Assembly: GCA_951804945.1 (NCBI GenBank)
Contig: OX638149.1
Coordinates: 101,556,001 to 101,620,000, forward strand
DNA: 64,000 nucleotides
Source: Podarcis cretensis
Taxonomy: Eukaryota
Direction: 5' to 3'
Shown here: positions 11,328 through 23,996 of the stretch, piece after piece
Position numbering within the stretch: the stretch's first letter is position 1
How the letters are laid out: each line of letters starts with the position of its first letter
Position numbers and translations under genes: made by a program
The notes under the pieces: model-generated
Database searches by the model: none
Told to the model about the DNA's origin: nothing
What the model saw: only the letters and a program-made list of their open reading frames with translations

Positions 11328-12371
11328 TATCTTCCTAGTGTTAGCTTAGTAGTAGCAGAGAATTATTTGGAAAAGATATATGTGGTATATCTTGTTAGGT
11401 GGGGGGGGAAGCAAGTAGAACTTACTGTTAAAATAGAAGTCCTAACATTCTACATACACTTCTACAGTAGAAGGCATATCAAACCCAGTTAGTGAGATGA
11501 AGCAGCCTTCAGGATGAAGTGCCGTGGCTGTACTTGACGAACATGAGCTATAGCATTGCATGCAAGTTTTTTGTATAACTTCTTGCTCAGCATAAAATCT
11601 TGCTCTTTTAAATATAACAGCGGTAAGTTCAGTTCTCAGGTGCTCTCATTTGCCAAAGGAAGTCTGTCTGCTGCATTCCTTGTGTGCTCTGCATGAAAAA
11701 TTTATATGACTTCTTGAAATGGGTTCTAAAATTCTACAAACCCATGATCAAACTTCAGTACATAAAAAGCTTATATATCACATTTTCATCCACTGATGCT
11801 AATGCATTAGCTTACAGTATCAGGAGGAGAGACTCTGAGAACTAAGAAAAAGCCACCTATACCAGTAAATATGAGGGAGGCTGCACGGAGTAAATTATCT
11901 GAAGGAGACAGATGTCAGGGGTTTGATTAATGGATCAGAGCAGAAAAAAGAGGAAAAGACCTCTTACGATCTCTTTAAATTGCTGCATTTGGACAAAAGA
12001 CATGGTAAACCTCCCACTTAGGTTTGCAGATCTAGCAGTACCTGAACGTATCCTGAACTTTTATATGGAAACGTTTATATACAGCAACTTGTCAGATCAT
12101 TCTGTGGTCTCTATAGCAGCAATCATGACACAAATTGCAGTATCCAGTAGCTGCTGCCAAATACTAGGAACCTTAGGGCTGACTTATACAGGCATGTTAA
12201 TCATTTGACAGCATCAAGTGATCACACATCAGACACTAGAAACAGAATGTTTGTGTTGTTTTCATTTCCGGGCGCAGAATGGCACTTCTAGAATCCATGG
12301 CTTCTGCTTGGAAGGCAAAATTACAGCAACTACAATCCTACAATCCTTTGTAAGAAGTGATGCTCATTATT

Positions 12372-12609
12372 TCCACAGCAGTGGACCCAGGGAGGAATGA
12401 CCACTGGGAGGAGCACAGAGAAAAGCAGCTCTGTGGTGCACCTGTAGCAACAAAACCAGATGCCTTCATCTGTGCCACCTGCTGTAAAACATGTCTCCCC
12501 CATATCGGCCTCTACAGCAACAGCAGGCGCTGTAAGTTTCAGTGGTTTGACTTTTTCCTCAAAGATGCACTCTTCCATTGTCGCCCGAGACAGGTGGATG
12601 CCAACAACG
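12372..12609 (+). mobile_element. RTE-clade LINE 3' end
   Basis: Encodes FICATCCKTCLPHIGLYSNSRRC, a decayed C-terminal zinc finger. Ends ggatgccaacaac. Homologous to 18480-18706. Confidence 0.85.
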
Positions 12610-12863
12610 ATTTCCAATTTAGTGACTGTCCCTAGTGAACTCTCCCTGTTATATACTCCCTCTTTTGAAGGTTTGTGTGTGTTTCACTTGGGAATGAGGG
12701 GCTTCTGCAGGAGGAGGAGAACTTGCCCCCCACCCCACCATTTTCCTTGGAGAGAAAAAGTAGACTCCGAGGCAAGTGAAAAAATGTTTTTCCCCATCAC
12801 TAGTGCAAACTGTAAAAACTGCACAGGCACTTATCAGTGGACTATTAATGCATTATTAAAATA

Positions 12864-13089
12864 CAGTGGTACGTCGGGTTAAGTACTTAATTTGTTCCGG
12901 AGGTCCGTTCTTAACCTGAAACTGTTCCTAACCTGAAGTACCACTTTAGCTAATGGGGCCTCCTGCTGCCGCCGCGCCGCTGGAGCATGATTTCTGTTCT
13001 CATCCTGAAGCAAAGTTATTAACCCGAGGTACTATTTCTGGGTTAGTGGAGTCTATAACCTGAAGCGTATGTAACCCGATGTACCACTG
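12864..13089 (+). mobile_element. Tc1/mariner (Tigger/pogo-type) MITE
   Basis: TIRs CAGTGGTAC.TCGGGTTA / TAACCCGA.GTACCACTG with TA TSDs. A second copy lies in opposite orientation at 27176-27417. Confidence 0.93.
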
Positions 13090-13116
13090 TATGAACAATT
13101 AAAGAATGTCCTAAAC

Positions 13117-13151
13117 ATTCACAAGGCAGAATGTTCTTCTGCCTTGTGAAT
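13117..13151. repeat. Perfect 15-bp inverted repeat with 5-nt spacer
   Basis: attcacaaggcagaa-tgttc-ttctgccttgtgaat. Confidence 0.95.
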
Positions 13152-16100
13152 AAGACAATAAAATCAATATTCCATTAATGGTTGTAGGTGGTCCCTTGGT
13201 TCAATTCACCAGCAGGAGTGCAGGATATATGTATGAGAGAGAGAGAAGGAGAGATTTTCAGCTTTGAATGGGCAGGTGCAGGGAGAGAGAATGCAACAGA
13301 TGAAAGTTAACCTAGCTGGAGTTTGTTAGAACTGGGTATCTGGCCTAGGGGTTGGTGCAAGCTGCCACCTGAGAATACAAGGGTGCTTGTGCTCTGTGTA
13401 TATATTTATGAATAAAACACATAATATGAAGGAGCCATTAACTCTCTAGTGCTCTTTGTTTTATTGGAAAAAGAATCCTCCAGTGTTTCCACTTAGTCAG
13501 AAGTGGCAAGCATGGAACAGTATTTTGGGTCATGCTTGTACAGTAGTGGACTGACTACTGTGTAAACACTGAACAACTGACTCATATGGGGGGGGGGAAA
13601 TGCCAGGGAGTATATACAGAAAGTTATTGTGCAATAGCAATGTCTGAAAAGATGAGTAGATGTTTGGGATGATTTGGAGAAGGGATCCCATATGCCAGCA
13701 TTTGCCACAGTTCAGCCTTCACATCCCAAACCACAATGTGCTATAGGCAGGGCGAAGTACAATAGAGAGGCTTGGCTATGTACATACAACAGTTTAAAGT
13801 GGATTTGATGCAACCCCTGTTTTTTTGGGTTTTTTTGCGTGAACCACACAACATTGTTCTCCAACAGACAGCCTGTACATCCCCTCCAAAGGCATAGTGT
13901 GGGTACTTAGTGGTTTGTTATGTGTGTAGTGTCATTTTTCTGGGAGCCATTTTTCACCACACACACCCCTACTTCCATTGGCGAGGTAGTTCTCAGTGGG
14001 CTGCTGCTGCTGGAATTATTATTATTCCCAGTGTTCTGTGCAAGTTTGGTTCATAGGAAAACATGTCTCTCAAAAACAGGAAAATTTGACCACTCACACA
14101 GGTGACAAATATATGTGAACATACCCACTGTGGATATCATGTTTCCAGAACTCAGGGAAGTATTAATTACAGGAAGGGCACTGCCCACTAGTGTGGACAG
14201 GAAACATTGAGACGAGAGTTCAATTGAAAGTTCTTGCATGCACAAAAGCACATTAACACACTGATATCTACACAGCCTAAGAGTGTGAGATCTTCTTAGC
14301 AAGTTCCTCACTCTGCTGAGCCAAGAGGTAGCCATAGGCAAGTCATTGTCATCCCCATCCCCATCCCCATCTCCTCCTTCCCATTTTCAATACAGGAATA
14401 AGTATACTGACTTATTATATAGTTCTGTTTTAAATCACTATATAAATGCTAATGATGATATTTCCACTTGAAGACATATTTACAAAGCAACAGTTCCACA
14501 TTATTTATTTAAGTGAGGCAAGCTGCATGCTACAGGAGGAAGCAAACCTACACCTCCTAGGATCACTAACAATTTTTTCAGCTATTGTTTGCTACTGAAA
14601 TTTATACATAAACCATCCACTTAAACTTTACTCTTAGCCTTTCAGAAACCCATGTAATTCAGCATACTATTTCTATCCAAGCCAGTCTGTGAACTTGATA
14701 GCCATCAGTTTCTTGTTTCATGTATGATTTGCTATAGTTATTTTCACCCCACTTTACATATAGCATAGCTAATACAGAAAATTGCAGGCAAATCACTACA
14801 TTTCAAATTCTTACTATGTAAGGAGAAACCGAGGGATAAGGGCATCAAAAATTAGCAGGAAAACAATTACGGGGAATGGAGGACAGTGCATTGCAATTAA
14901 ATTAAAAACCACAAAAGAAAAAGATGAGAAACTGCAAAAAACATTGAAAGCACCAAAGTAGGCTACCTGATAATAAAAGCAGAGAAAAACACTTGTGAAA
15001 CAAAAGTCTGGTGTAGTACTATGATTTGCCATCCCATAGAGTGATTGCTGTATCCTGAGATACAATCATTTTTCAAATTTTGTAAAGAATGAAACAGCAT
15101 TCAAAAAAGACCTTCATCAACAATGGGCAGCAGCTGCAACATTCTCCTTTTGATTTTGAAAAAAGTGTGTGTGAGAGAGAATGTGACCTGATTGAGAAAT
15201 GTAACTCGGCATCAGTAGCTTTGACCCATCCTCTTTCAAAAGAAGAGAAGTGCACCCTGACTGAGAAAACAGTGCCTGGAAAGCACATTCTCCTAATCTC
15301 TCTGAGGAAACAAGAGCCAGCTGAGCTCTACCAGGCAATAAGCCTCTCTGTTTGTTCTCCTTCAAAGAGTGACAAGAAGACCTCACAGAGAAAAAACAAA
15401 ATAAGAAGGCCTCCTTGCTTGTCAGTAGCAGAACTGCAGAACAACTGAGAAACAACTGCAGAATCTCATAAGATGTACCCTATAGATACCCGAACATCTA
15501 TGAGGTCATGATCCAAAGTGGTGAACGTTTGTTCTAATATATAGAGGGAGAGAGAAGAGAGGAATTGCTCTCTCAAAAGCTTCCTCAAGAACTTATCAGC
15601 CCACACAGACAACCATTTTAGCAGTATCTTGCACTGATATAGGGTAAACAAATAAAACTAATATCGTCACTCGCTGGGATGACAGAGCTCACCCAAGGCA
15701 GATTGGTAAGTTATATGGACTTAGAGTAATGGGGAAATAAAACATTTGCACCACTGGCAATTTCCTTCACCAACCCCAAATTGCATTTTGAATTCGGAGG
15801 AGTTTAAAGAGTCATTTTGAAGTTCTGTGGATACAGCTTCTAAGAGGTGAAATTCAGAAGACAAAATAGCCCCTGCTGGATCACAGCCATAGATTTTGAT
15901 CTCTAAATGGCAATTATTACTGAAATTAGCACCGCAATGAGTAGGTTTACTTTTACTTTTTAAAAATAACTCCCTTATATCAAATAAAAAGAGCAAAAAA
16001 AATTCCTTTCAAACCTCTAGGATATATAAATTAAAGTCTCACTTTGCACTTCATGCTAGCTTTAATAAAGCCAAGAAAGCCATAGTAAAGCAGAGCAATG

Positions 16101-16242
16101 CACAGAAGTCGGTTGTAGTAATTTGGTTCACATTGTTTAATTAATAAATCCAGTAACTCAAATGAAAATATAAAATGAAATTAAGAAAATTATGCAACTC
16201 ATGCACAGGATATGCTTATCTTTGGAATATAATAGCAGAATT

Positions 16243-16244
<2 letters not shown>

Positions 16245-16271
<27 letters not shown>
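16245..16271. repeat. (TG)n microsatellite
   Basis: Read directly. Confidence 0.95.
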
Positions 16272-16275
<4 letters not shown>

Positions 16276-18294
16276 GAAGAATATGGTTTGGTGAGAATAC
16301 TGGGTTGTATCCAGAGGTTGAGAGAGCAGAAGAAAGTTAGGTTCAACAAATCTTTCTTCTCCTCTCCTTTCTACTTTCTACCCCCTATACCTCTTGAAGA
16401 CACTAGCCAGAGTTTGGGTAGACGGGGTGGACAGCGGGGGCTGTTGCATGCAGGGATTCACCAAAAAGGACTCAGGTGAAAGGACCTTGCAGCAGCAGAA
16501 ATTTCACTTGAGCAACATCCTCCTGCCCAATTTCAGATTATTCCTCTTCTCACACTGTAATCAAGTATGATGCAGTGCCCGCCCCACCCCCATTCAAGAG
16601 GGCCCTCAACCCACTGTAGGTGTTTTTTGTAGGGTTGGAGGGGGAAGTACAGGGGCTTCAAACAGGAGATGGGGGACAGAAAGATCAGTTGAGTGACCTG
16701 CCTCCTGCTCACACAAACACTGGATACAACCCATTCATAGAAAGGTTTGATCCATATCTGAATAGTTGGGAAAGCATCATGCAGCTTTCTAAGCAAATGA
16801 AAGTTTAGAAAGAGAACGGTTCATATTTATAAATGCACACAGACTAAACTTGAGAGTGATATGGCGTTGATCACATCTCAATTTTTTTAATGTTTGGAAT
16901 AGTTTTACCTGTTAAATTATTTTGAAAAATTATCAATGGATAGTTTTATATATCTATATATCTAAAATCCAGAGACCTTTCTGCACCCATTTTTAGAGCC
17001 AAAGCATCCATGGACATATTTAATCCTTTCCTCTCATACCTCTTCCTCTGAAAAGCCCTCTTCCTAAAGATGCTATTAGCTGCATTTGGAAACAAATAAC
17101 TTGGGCTGAATCCAGTGTTCACCTTCTGCAGATGGAAAGCCTTCTGATTTAGCATAGGGAAGATGCTGTGGAAGAGAAGGCAGGTCATTTTTCATCCCCC
17201 AACCGCTACAATGCAGCAGGTGGCTGTGGGGAGAAGTAAGGTGCCAGCAAATGTTGCCTTCCTTTCTCCTGGGGGGGGGGAGACAACCCCTGAGTGGAAC
17301 TTCATTTGAGCATGCTGCTACTGGCCAAGGCAAAGTCTAGCTCCAAAGCAGATGCTGCAACTTTTTGTCCCCTCATCTCTCCCATTTCTGATGTGCACAA
17401 ACACACTGCTTTGTATGGTGAAGATTTACTATATGGTGAATGGAATCTATTGGGGGGGGGGATGTAAATGCAGCGTAAATAAGCTGGTCACATGCCGACA
17501 AAATACATAAGTTTGGAACGTGGTGAGAATTGGCCACCATTTTAGAAGTCAGCATTAATTCAAGAGAACAAGAGCAAAAGAGGATAAAAAAACAGATCAA
17601 TTTCAAGCGGCCTCAAGTCACAAAGGATACCTGCTTTTAAAAATTTCACAATGTTTTAAAGATCTCAGACTGCCATGGAATACATTTAAGGAATAAAAGA
17701 ATCTTAGCTCAGTCAACACAGTTTTGCGTTATGTCCACCACTTCTGCTCAGAGAACAGTAAAAGAAGAAGGCTAATGGCGATGGTGTTAAAATAAAGTTA
17801 AAGAATGTATACAGACTTAGCAGCTGCAGCTTAACAAATCAAACACAAACACAAACAGTAAAATATCCATCAGTGACTCCAGTCAGACAGCTTTCATAAC
17901 TTTTATCCACTATCTACAAATCTCAGCACTAAATATTTTCCTCTGAAGTAATTAAGAGCTCTCTGATACATTATCTTTTTTCAGTGGCAGTCTGGACATG
18001 TGTCAAGCTGCCCGTAGATAAGATGTTATGCTGAACACAGTGGAAGACAAGCAAGATGTAATGCAGAAGATAATCACTTGCATGACTGAATAAAATGAGC
18101 TCTCCCTCCTCCCAATTCAGTTTTGCAATGTAATTATTAGAATATTATTAATTCGTACCTCTGTAATAGATTACCAGGTTTGCATATTAGGCACTGCTTT
18201 ATGAAAGTGAGTCATGGGCAACTTACAACCGCCAGGAGCCCAAGCCCACATTCCCAGCATGTTTGCATTCCTCTTTTAGTGATATCTCCACTGA

Positions 18295-18706
18295 CTTTGC
18301 CATGTCCACAAAATGGAAGGTGGCAGGGTCCCCAGGGACAGCTTCAGGCACAAGGCCTATTGGCAGACAAACTCTGCATTACAAAGACATCTGCAAGCAA
18401 GACATAAAGGCTGGCATCACAAACCCCTCTGTGTGAGAATGCCTTGCAGACCATAGCAGTGCCTGGAGTCAAGTTGTGTATCCACAGCAGTGACTAGAGG
18501 AGAAATGACCACTGGAAGAGAGAATAAATGCTATGGTGCATCTGCAGCACAGCCAGATGCCTTCATCTGCCCCAGATGCAACAAAACATGTGTCTCCCAT
18601 ATCATCCTCTACAGCCACAGCAGGCACTGTAACTCTACAACTGTTTCACTTCACCCCCAATGGCACAGTCTTCCATTGTCATCCGAGAGAGATGGGTGCC
18701 AACAGC
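18295..18706 (+). mobile_element. RTE-clade LINE 3' fragment (decayed ORF C-terminus)
   Basis: Frameshifted pieces HVHKMEGGRVPRD, RPIGRQTLHYKDICKQDIK and FICPRCNKTCVSHIILYSHSRHC match the RTE C-terminus. Ends gtgccaacagc. Confidence 0.88.
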
Positions 18707-19666
18707 AGACATGGCTATGCTTCAGTTGGTTGTTCCTGCCTCCTTTAGAATCAATGAGTTTGAGACATGCTTAGAATGACTGAATCAAGAGTTTTACACA
18801 GATTGTGGACAGTGGTCTGGACCCAAAGAAGCATAAGTGTAATTCCATGTATTCAAAAATACGTTGGACAACTAGCAGCCTCCCATGCTCATAATGTTTT
18901 ATACTTGCGGAAACCATTTCAGCATGGTATATAAATTAACAAAAACAAGAATACTAATTTGAAACTGAATGGATTTTGCAAACAGGTTTGAATGTATGAT
19001 ATGGATGTGAGCCATTCAAAGGGGAAAAGTCAGAGAGATGAGCTTTTTAAAATCACCATCCTGATTTTACCCTAGGCTTTGAAGTTAAAGACACTCCAGT
19101 GTTATGGGATTTCTCATGAACAACACTCCTCAGCTCAGTGACCTCCATCAAGTGGATTTAACCTTGTGATTACCAAACATCTCACCCTACAAGTATATAA
19201 TGTGGGCTGAAACTGATCCATCACATGAGTAAGACAAGTTTTAGCTGTGTGCTGTGGATCAACTTTAGGATTATGGTTTCAAATATTTGCTGCCTTTTTT
19301 AAAAAAAGGAAAAAGCAGGGGGGGTTGGCGATTTGCATCAAGTAAGCAGAGGGAGAAATCAGTTACAGTGGTTTGCTGTGTTAAGGCTACTACAGTTACA
19401 ATCCTAACTTAGTTCAACAGACTTAGAACATCCATCAACAAGGAAGGAGTTCTTGACTTGATCCTGACCAGCTTCAGTTGAAAATGAATGGGGGAGGCAA
19501 CCCATCTCAAACTATGCTTTTTAAAGTTAAGTTTGGGAGAAGGAGTGGGTGGATGGTGAAGAGCTCAACATCTACTCAGAAAGAATCCTGGGGTTCTCAT
19601 GCTACAACACACAGGGAAGAAAGAGAGTTGCCTAAGCCAAGGAAAGATCTAGATAAGGTCTACACA

Positions 19667-19742
19667 AGAAGAAGAAGAAGAAGAAGAAGAAGAAGAAGAA
19701 GAAGAGGAGGAGGAGGAGGAGGAGGAGGAGGAGGAGGAGGAG
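19667..19742. repeat. Compound (GAA)n(GGA)n microsatellite forming the SINE tail
   Basis: Read directly. It abuts the 3' end of the minus-strand SINE. Confidence 0.97.
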
Positions 19743-19967
19743 TTTGGATTTGATATCCCGCCTTTCACTCCCTTTAAGGAGTCTCAAAGCGGCTAACATT
19801 CTCCTTTCCCTTCCTCCCCCACAACAAACACTCTGTGAGGCGAGTGGGGCTGAGAGAAGTGTGACTGGCCCAAGGTCACCCAGCAGCTGCATGTGGAGGA
19901 GCAGAGACACGAACCCGGTTCCCCAGAGTACGAGACTACCGCTCTTAACCACTACACCACACTGGCT
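19743..19967 (-). mobile_element. tRNA-derived CORE-type SINE (Squam3-like), young
   Basis: Minus strand begins gagccagtgtggtgtagtggttaagagcgg (A-box), then gggttcgtgtc (B-box), then gggtgaccttgggccagtcac. Confidence 0.92.
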
Positions 19968-20234
19968 CTATGAGGATATTTCTCCCTTCCCCCTTGGTAG
20001 GCAAGCAAACTGTGCTTGTGCTTAGGGACTATGGATCACTGAAGAAAGCTGAAAGGGGATCGGAGGAATCCTGCAGATAGGGGAATTGGCCTTTTTGTTA
20101 CAACATTCAATGAGCGTGCCTAATGCAGCTCGTTGGAGCCCCCTGCCCATATAAGCAATGCACAAAAAACCCTTATCAACCAGCCCAAACCCCATCATTA
20201 GCAGTGGGCCCTTCTTTGTGTCTCACTGGCAAGC

Positions 20235-20620
20235 ACAACTCACTGTACAGTGACACAGGACAGGGCCTTTCGTGTTGTGGCCATTCAGCTTTAGAATTCT
20301 CTCAAACCTGTTGGGTTTCTGCCAAGTTAAAACTTAGCCTTTTAACTTGGCTGTAAGCTCAGTGCTACAGCATAGACTTTGCAGCTTCCTATGTTGCTAT
20401 TTCTTTTCCTAAGCATTTGGAGGAAATTAGCTGGGCTGTTTAAGGTTTTTGTTTTATTCTGTACTGCTGTATGCTATTGCTGGTTGCCTTTTAATTATTG
20501 CATTTCACTGGGCTTCTATGTGATGTTATATTCTTTTGAAATATGTTGGAAACCACACTGTGTTCATCATTTTTGATGAAGGATGATCTAGACATTTTTG
20601 AAAGTAAAATTAAAAATTAA
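20235..20620 (+). mobile_element. Old L2 3' end
   Basis: acagggcctttcgtgttgtggcc resembles the RAFSVVA motif. A T-rich 3' UTR follows, ending gatgaaggatg...A-rich. Confidence 0.5.
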
Positions 20621-22475
20621 AGAAAACTGCCATGCAACAAAACTGCCACATACAGAAGACCCAGCATTGAATATAAGTCCAGACAAATATCTTCTTTTAA
20701 TTGTTATCTTCCATACTGTGTAAGTCACAGCTGAGCAAAATGAGTATGTCTGATGGTGAAATTTTGACGAAGCACAATAGAAAGGCTTTTCAACCTTTGA
20801 CTTTCATTTTGTAAAGGTATAAAAAGGATAAAATACAAGACAGGAACCTGAATTTTAATGGCACTGCTATTGTTCTTGAGCTTCTCAAAGCCTTGTTAGC
20901 TAGTTCACTTTTCTCTTAAATCTTCTTCTGACATAGGTTATCCAGATGGAACTGAGAGCAGAATTTAACTTCTGAAGCCACAGACTGGTTAATAATTCTG
21001 TTACTGTTATGGATACATGACCCATAAGAGAACCTAAATCTCCTTTGGCTGTTTTGGCTTAAGCTTTCTTTTTCTTCCCCACCCCCTAAAAAACACTTCA
21101 AATTCTTTTATTCTTCAAATAATCAATTTTTGTCTGCTATGTATGTAAGGAATGGCTGCTTTGAAACAACAAAATGTCTGACACAAGAGCCCACAATTTC
21201 AGTAGCTGTTTCCAGCTGTGCATGCCAGATCCATAAATAATTAAGATACTGGATACTTAATGAATCACAACAATGTTAATGAAATGTAAATAGTGTACTG
21301 TATTAATAGTGAGAATAATTATTTTTGCTTCTTTTCAAAACATACCTCATGGTATTTCTGATAGTTCCGTACTATTAAAATGCAGGTAACTAGTTTTGGT
21401 TTCAAAGGTTTTGAGATGAGAGGTTAGCAGCTTTAAATACTAGCTACACCAAAGCAATCCTCAAGGTATTATCATCTGTGTTTGGGGATCTTGAAGAATT
21501 CCAATGCAAATAAAAATGAGAGCAGAAATTGTCGTTTCCTTATTTCCCCCATGTCTTGGAATGGAAATCAATCCATTGAATACAATTGGTGTACGCCATT
21601 CTTGCTTTCAGTCTGCAAATGTTACATAGTGGATTATGCCCCCAACCCCCATCTGTATAGTTTCTTTTGCATTGATATGGGATGGAATAATCAAATTTAC
21701 ATAATTTTACCAGAATGGCTGTTGAGTTGAATAATGCATTTTTCAGTGGAAGACGAACTGTAGTGCAGCAGAAACAGTGAAATATGTGAGGAATGCAGGG
21801 TACGACTGAAGATGATGCATTCTTACATCACTCTCTGTATTTGTTTATTTATGTAAAGGCTTACCACAATCCAGATTTTTTAACTACTCAAAAATTTCAG
21901 AACTCATAAAATGTAATGGAAGCCAAACAGAATGAGAGCCAAGTAAACAGATGATTTAATTCTAGGAGCACTATAGTGAACTGAAACTGTGAATAGTGGT
22001 TATGTGTAGATGGAAAAGCATCCCTTACTCTTTACTAAAAGAAACAAAGCACATGGAGGGGGGAATATCAGATCTTGCATATTTAGCATGTCTCTAACAC
22101 CGTTTGCAGGCAGCTGCAAAGAACCTTCATAGGCTTTCTCCTTGGAGGTATGTAAGCCTTGGGCACATCTACTACCACCAAAAGCACTCCTTGGGAACCT
22201 AGCATTCTAGAAGCCCCAAACAAAAATCAATGCTCTTGTCAATCATTAAAGGCTGCTTGACTGCTTGGTTTTTTTCAGGATCCTTTCAATGTCTATTAGC
22301 CTTAAACCAAACTATATCACATCAAAGGAAGAAACAGGCCTTCTCTTTTAGTGATGTAGTACAGCAAATAAATAGAGTGTCACAATCCAGTTACACATCA
22401 GAGAAATTTATTCAAAGAATATATGGAGAAAAGAATTATGAGAAAATCTGTAGCAGACATAAAGATATATAAATG

Positions 22476-22547
22476 TTGGACATGATTCGCCTCCCAGCCC
22501 CGTCATTCTATAAAGAATGACGGGGCTGGGAGGAGAATCATGTCCAA
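22476..22547. repeat. 72-nt near-perfect hairpin (34-bp arms, 4-nt loop)
   Basis: 22476-22509 is the reverse complement of 22514-22547 with one mismatch. The loop is ATAA. Confidence 0.97.
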
Positions 22548-22750
22548 AAAGCCTTTAAAGTTATATAATGCCCTCAGGCTTGAAAACACAGAACTATGAT
22601 CACTGACAAGAATCAGCTTGTCAGTCTGTCTTTCAGACATTTGGATTTTGGCTACTCACATAATATTGTACACAGGAAGAACTTCCTTCCATATCTTTAC
22701 TTCATATCGAAAAACTATTGATTGGAACCAACCACAAATTAGCCTAAGAC

Positions 22751-23250
22751 CAGTGTTTCTCAACCTTTTTTAACCCATCCCCCCATTTAACTAATATAAA
22801 AATCCCATGCTTCCTAATTCATTTATTTGAATTTTCAAAAGAATTGGAATATTATGACTCGTAATAATAAATAGTAATAAAACCCAATCAAAGAGTTGGC
22901 TTCAATTATGATGCATGCTTCTCACAATCTTTTGGGTTCAGGGCACCATGGAAGATAGACAACATTTTAGGTCACCTTCAGCATCCAGACCATTACATTG
23001 TTTTGTTTCAACAGCTACAACAGCAGAGAAACCAGCTTCCTAAGGCATGTGGATGAAAATGGCATAATGATGCACAGTCTGTTCTCCTGTTTTGGGGTAT
23101 ACAGGGACATATTTCTGCCCAATCCTTTCCAAAGAAAACTGTTTGAAATCATGGTTGGCAGCTGAATCACACCTGAGTTCCAAAAATTCCTCTTGGAGAT
23201 GCTCTGGCAAGGACTGAACATTAGTGATAAAAGGGTTCCTCACAGCATGC
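22751..23250 (-). mobile_element. hAT (Charlie/Buster-type) DNA transposon 3' end with transposase C-terminal fragment
   Basis: TIR CAGTGTTTCTCAACCTTTT at 22751. Minus-strand peptides RNPF...LPEHLQEEFLELRCDSAA..F and MPFSSTCL match the hAT dimerisation domain (PFxSTYLCExxFS). The reading frame is frameshifted. Confidence 0.88.
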
Positions 23251-23868
23251 TCTACAATCAGCAGAATACTCTGGCAGTGGGAACTGAGCAGACTATTTCA
23301 TATTGTCTGCAGAAGCAAGTTGCCAACCAATGAAACTTTTCCAGGTGGTTCCTAGGTAGTCACAGCAGACATAGTCAGCATGTCTGGAAGCAGTGGTTGG
23401 ACCTGGTTGGGCATTGGCTGTGATTAGGAAGCCCACCACTTCTCTCTTTGTGGTGATTATATGTGTTTAATTGCTGTAATGTAGTAATGTATAATCAGTT
23501 TAAAGGGAAAGCCCCGTCTATAGCAGATACACATTCCAGTGCAGAAACAGATATCTCTTCTTCTCTGATGAGTCTGGGTGCTGAGATTATTTTAATAATT
23601 ATATTAAAAATTTGTGCCAGACCAGTATATAGATGGGAGGATCAAATTAACACCTACCAATTTTGGCAGATGTCACCATAACTGGCCCCCAAAATTGGCA
23701 TAATTCTACGAAGTGTACTGAAAAATGCTCTCTCGTGCTCTCTTTTTCCTTATATATATTCAACAGCATGCACAGATTTGGGTGCAATGGCATTTGCAAA
23801 TACACATGCTAAACAGTGGCATATAACTCACCTGTGAAAGGCTAACATTGGCTAAACCTAGAAATATA

Positions 23869-23996
23869 CCTGCTCAGTTGGTAAAGCATGAGACTCTTAA
23901 TCTCAGGGTTTGAACCCCAAATTGGGTGAAATATTACTGCATTGCAGGGGATTGGAATAAATGACCTTTGTGCTCCCTTCCAACACTGCAATTCTA
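23869..23996 (+). mobile_element. tRNA-Lys-derived SINE with CR1-like 3' end
   Basis: gctcagttggtaaagcatgagactcttaatctcagggt resembles the 5' half of tRNA-Lys. The T-arm region is partly deleted. It is followed by the ctgcattgcagggg...cccttccaac tail. Confidence 0.85.

Noticed and set aside
19478-20025. ORFs with poly-Arg/Gly and poly-Leu/Phe
   Set aside because: They are translations of a (GAA)n(GGA)n microsatellite and a SINE.
21741-21792. Possible 39-nt exon (ttttcag...gtgag)
   Set aside because: The peptide is unrecognised and there are no partner exons. Such splice-like words occur by chance.
23869-23930. Apparent tRNA-Lys gene
   Set aside because: The variable/T-arm region is deleted and it continues into a CR1-like tail, so it is a SINE head.
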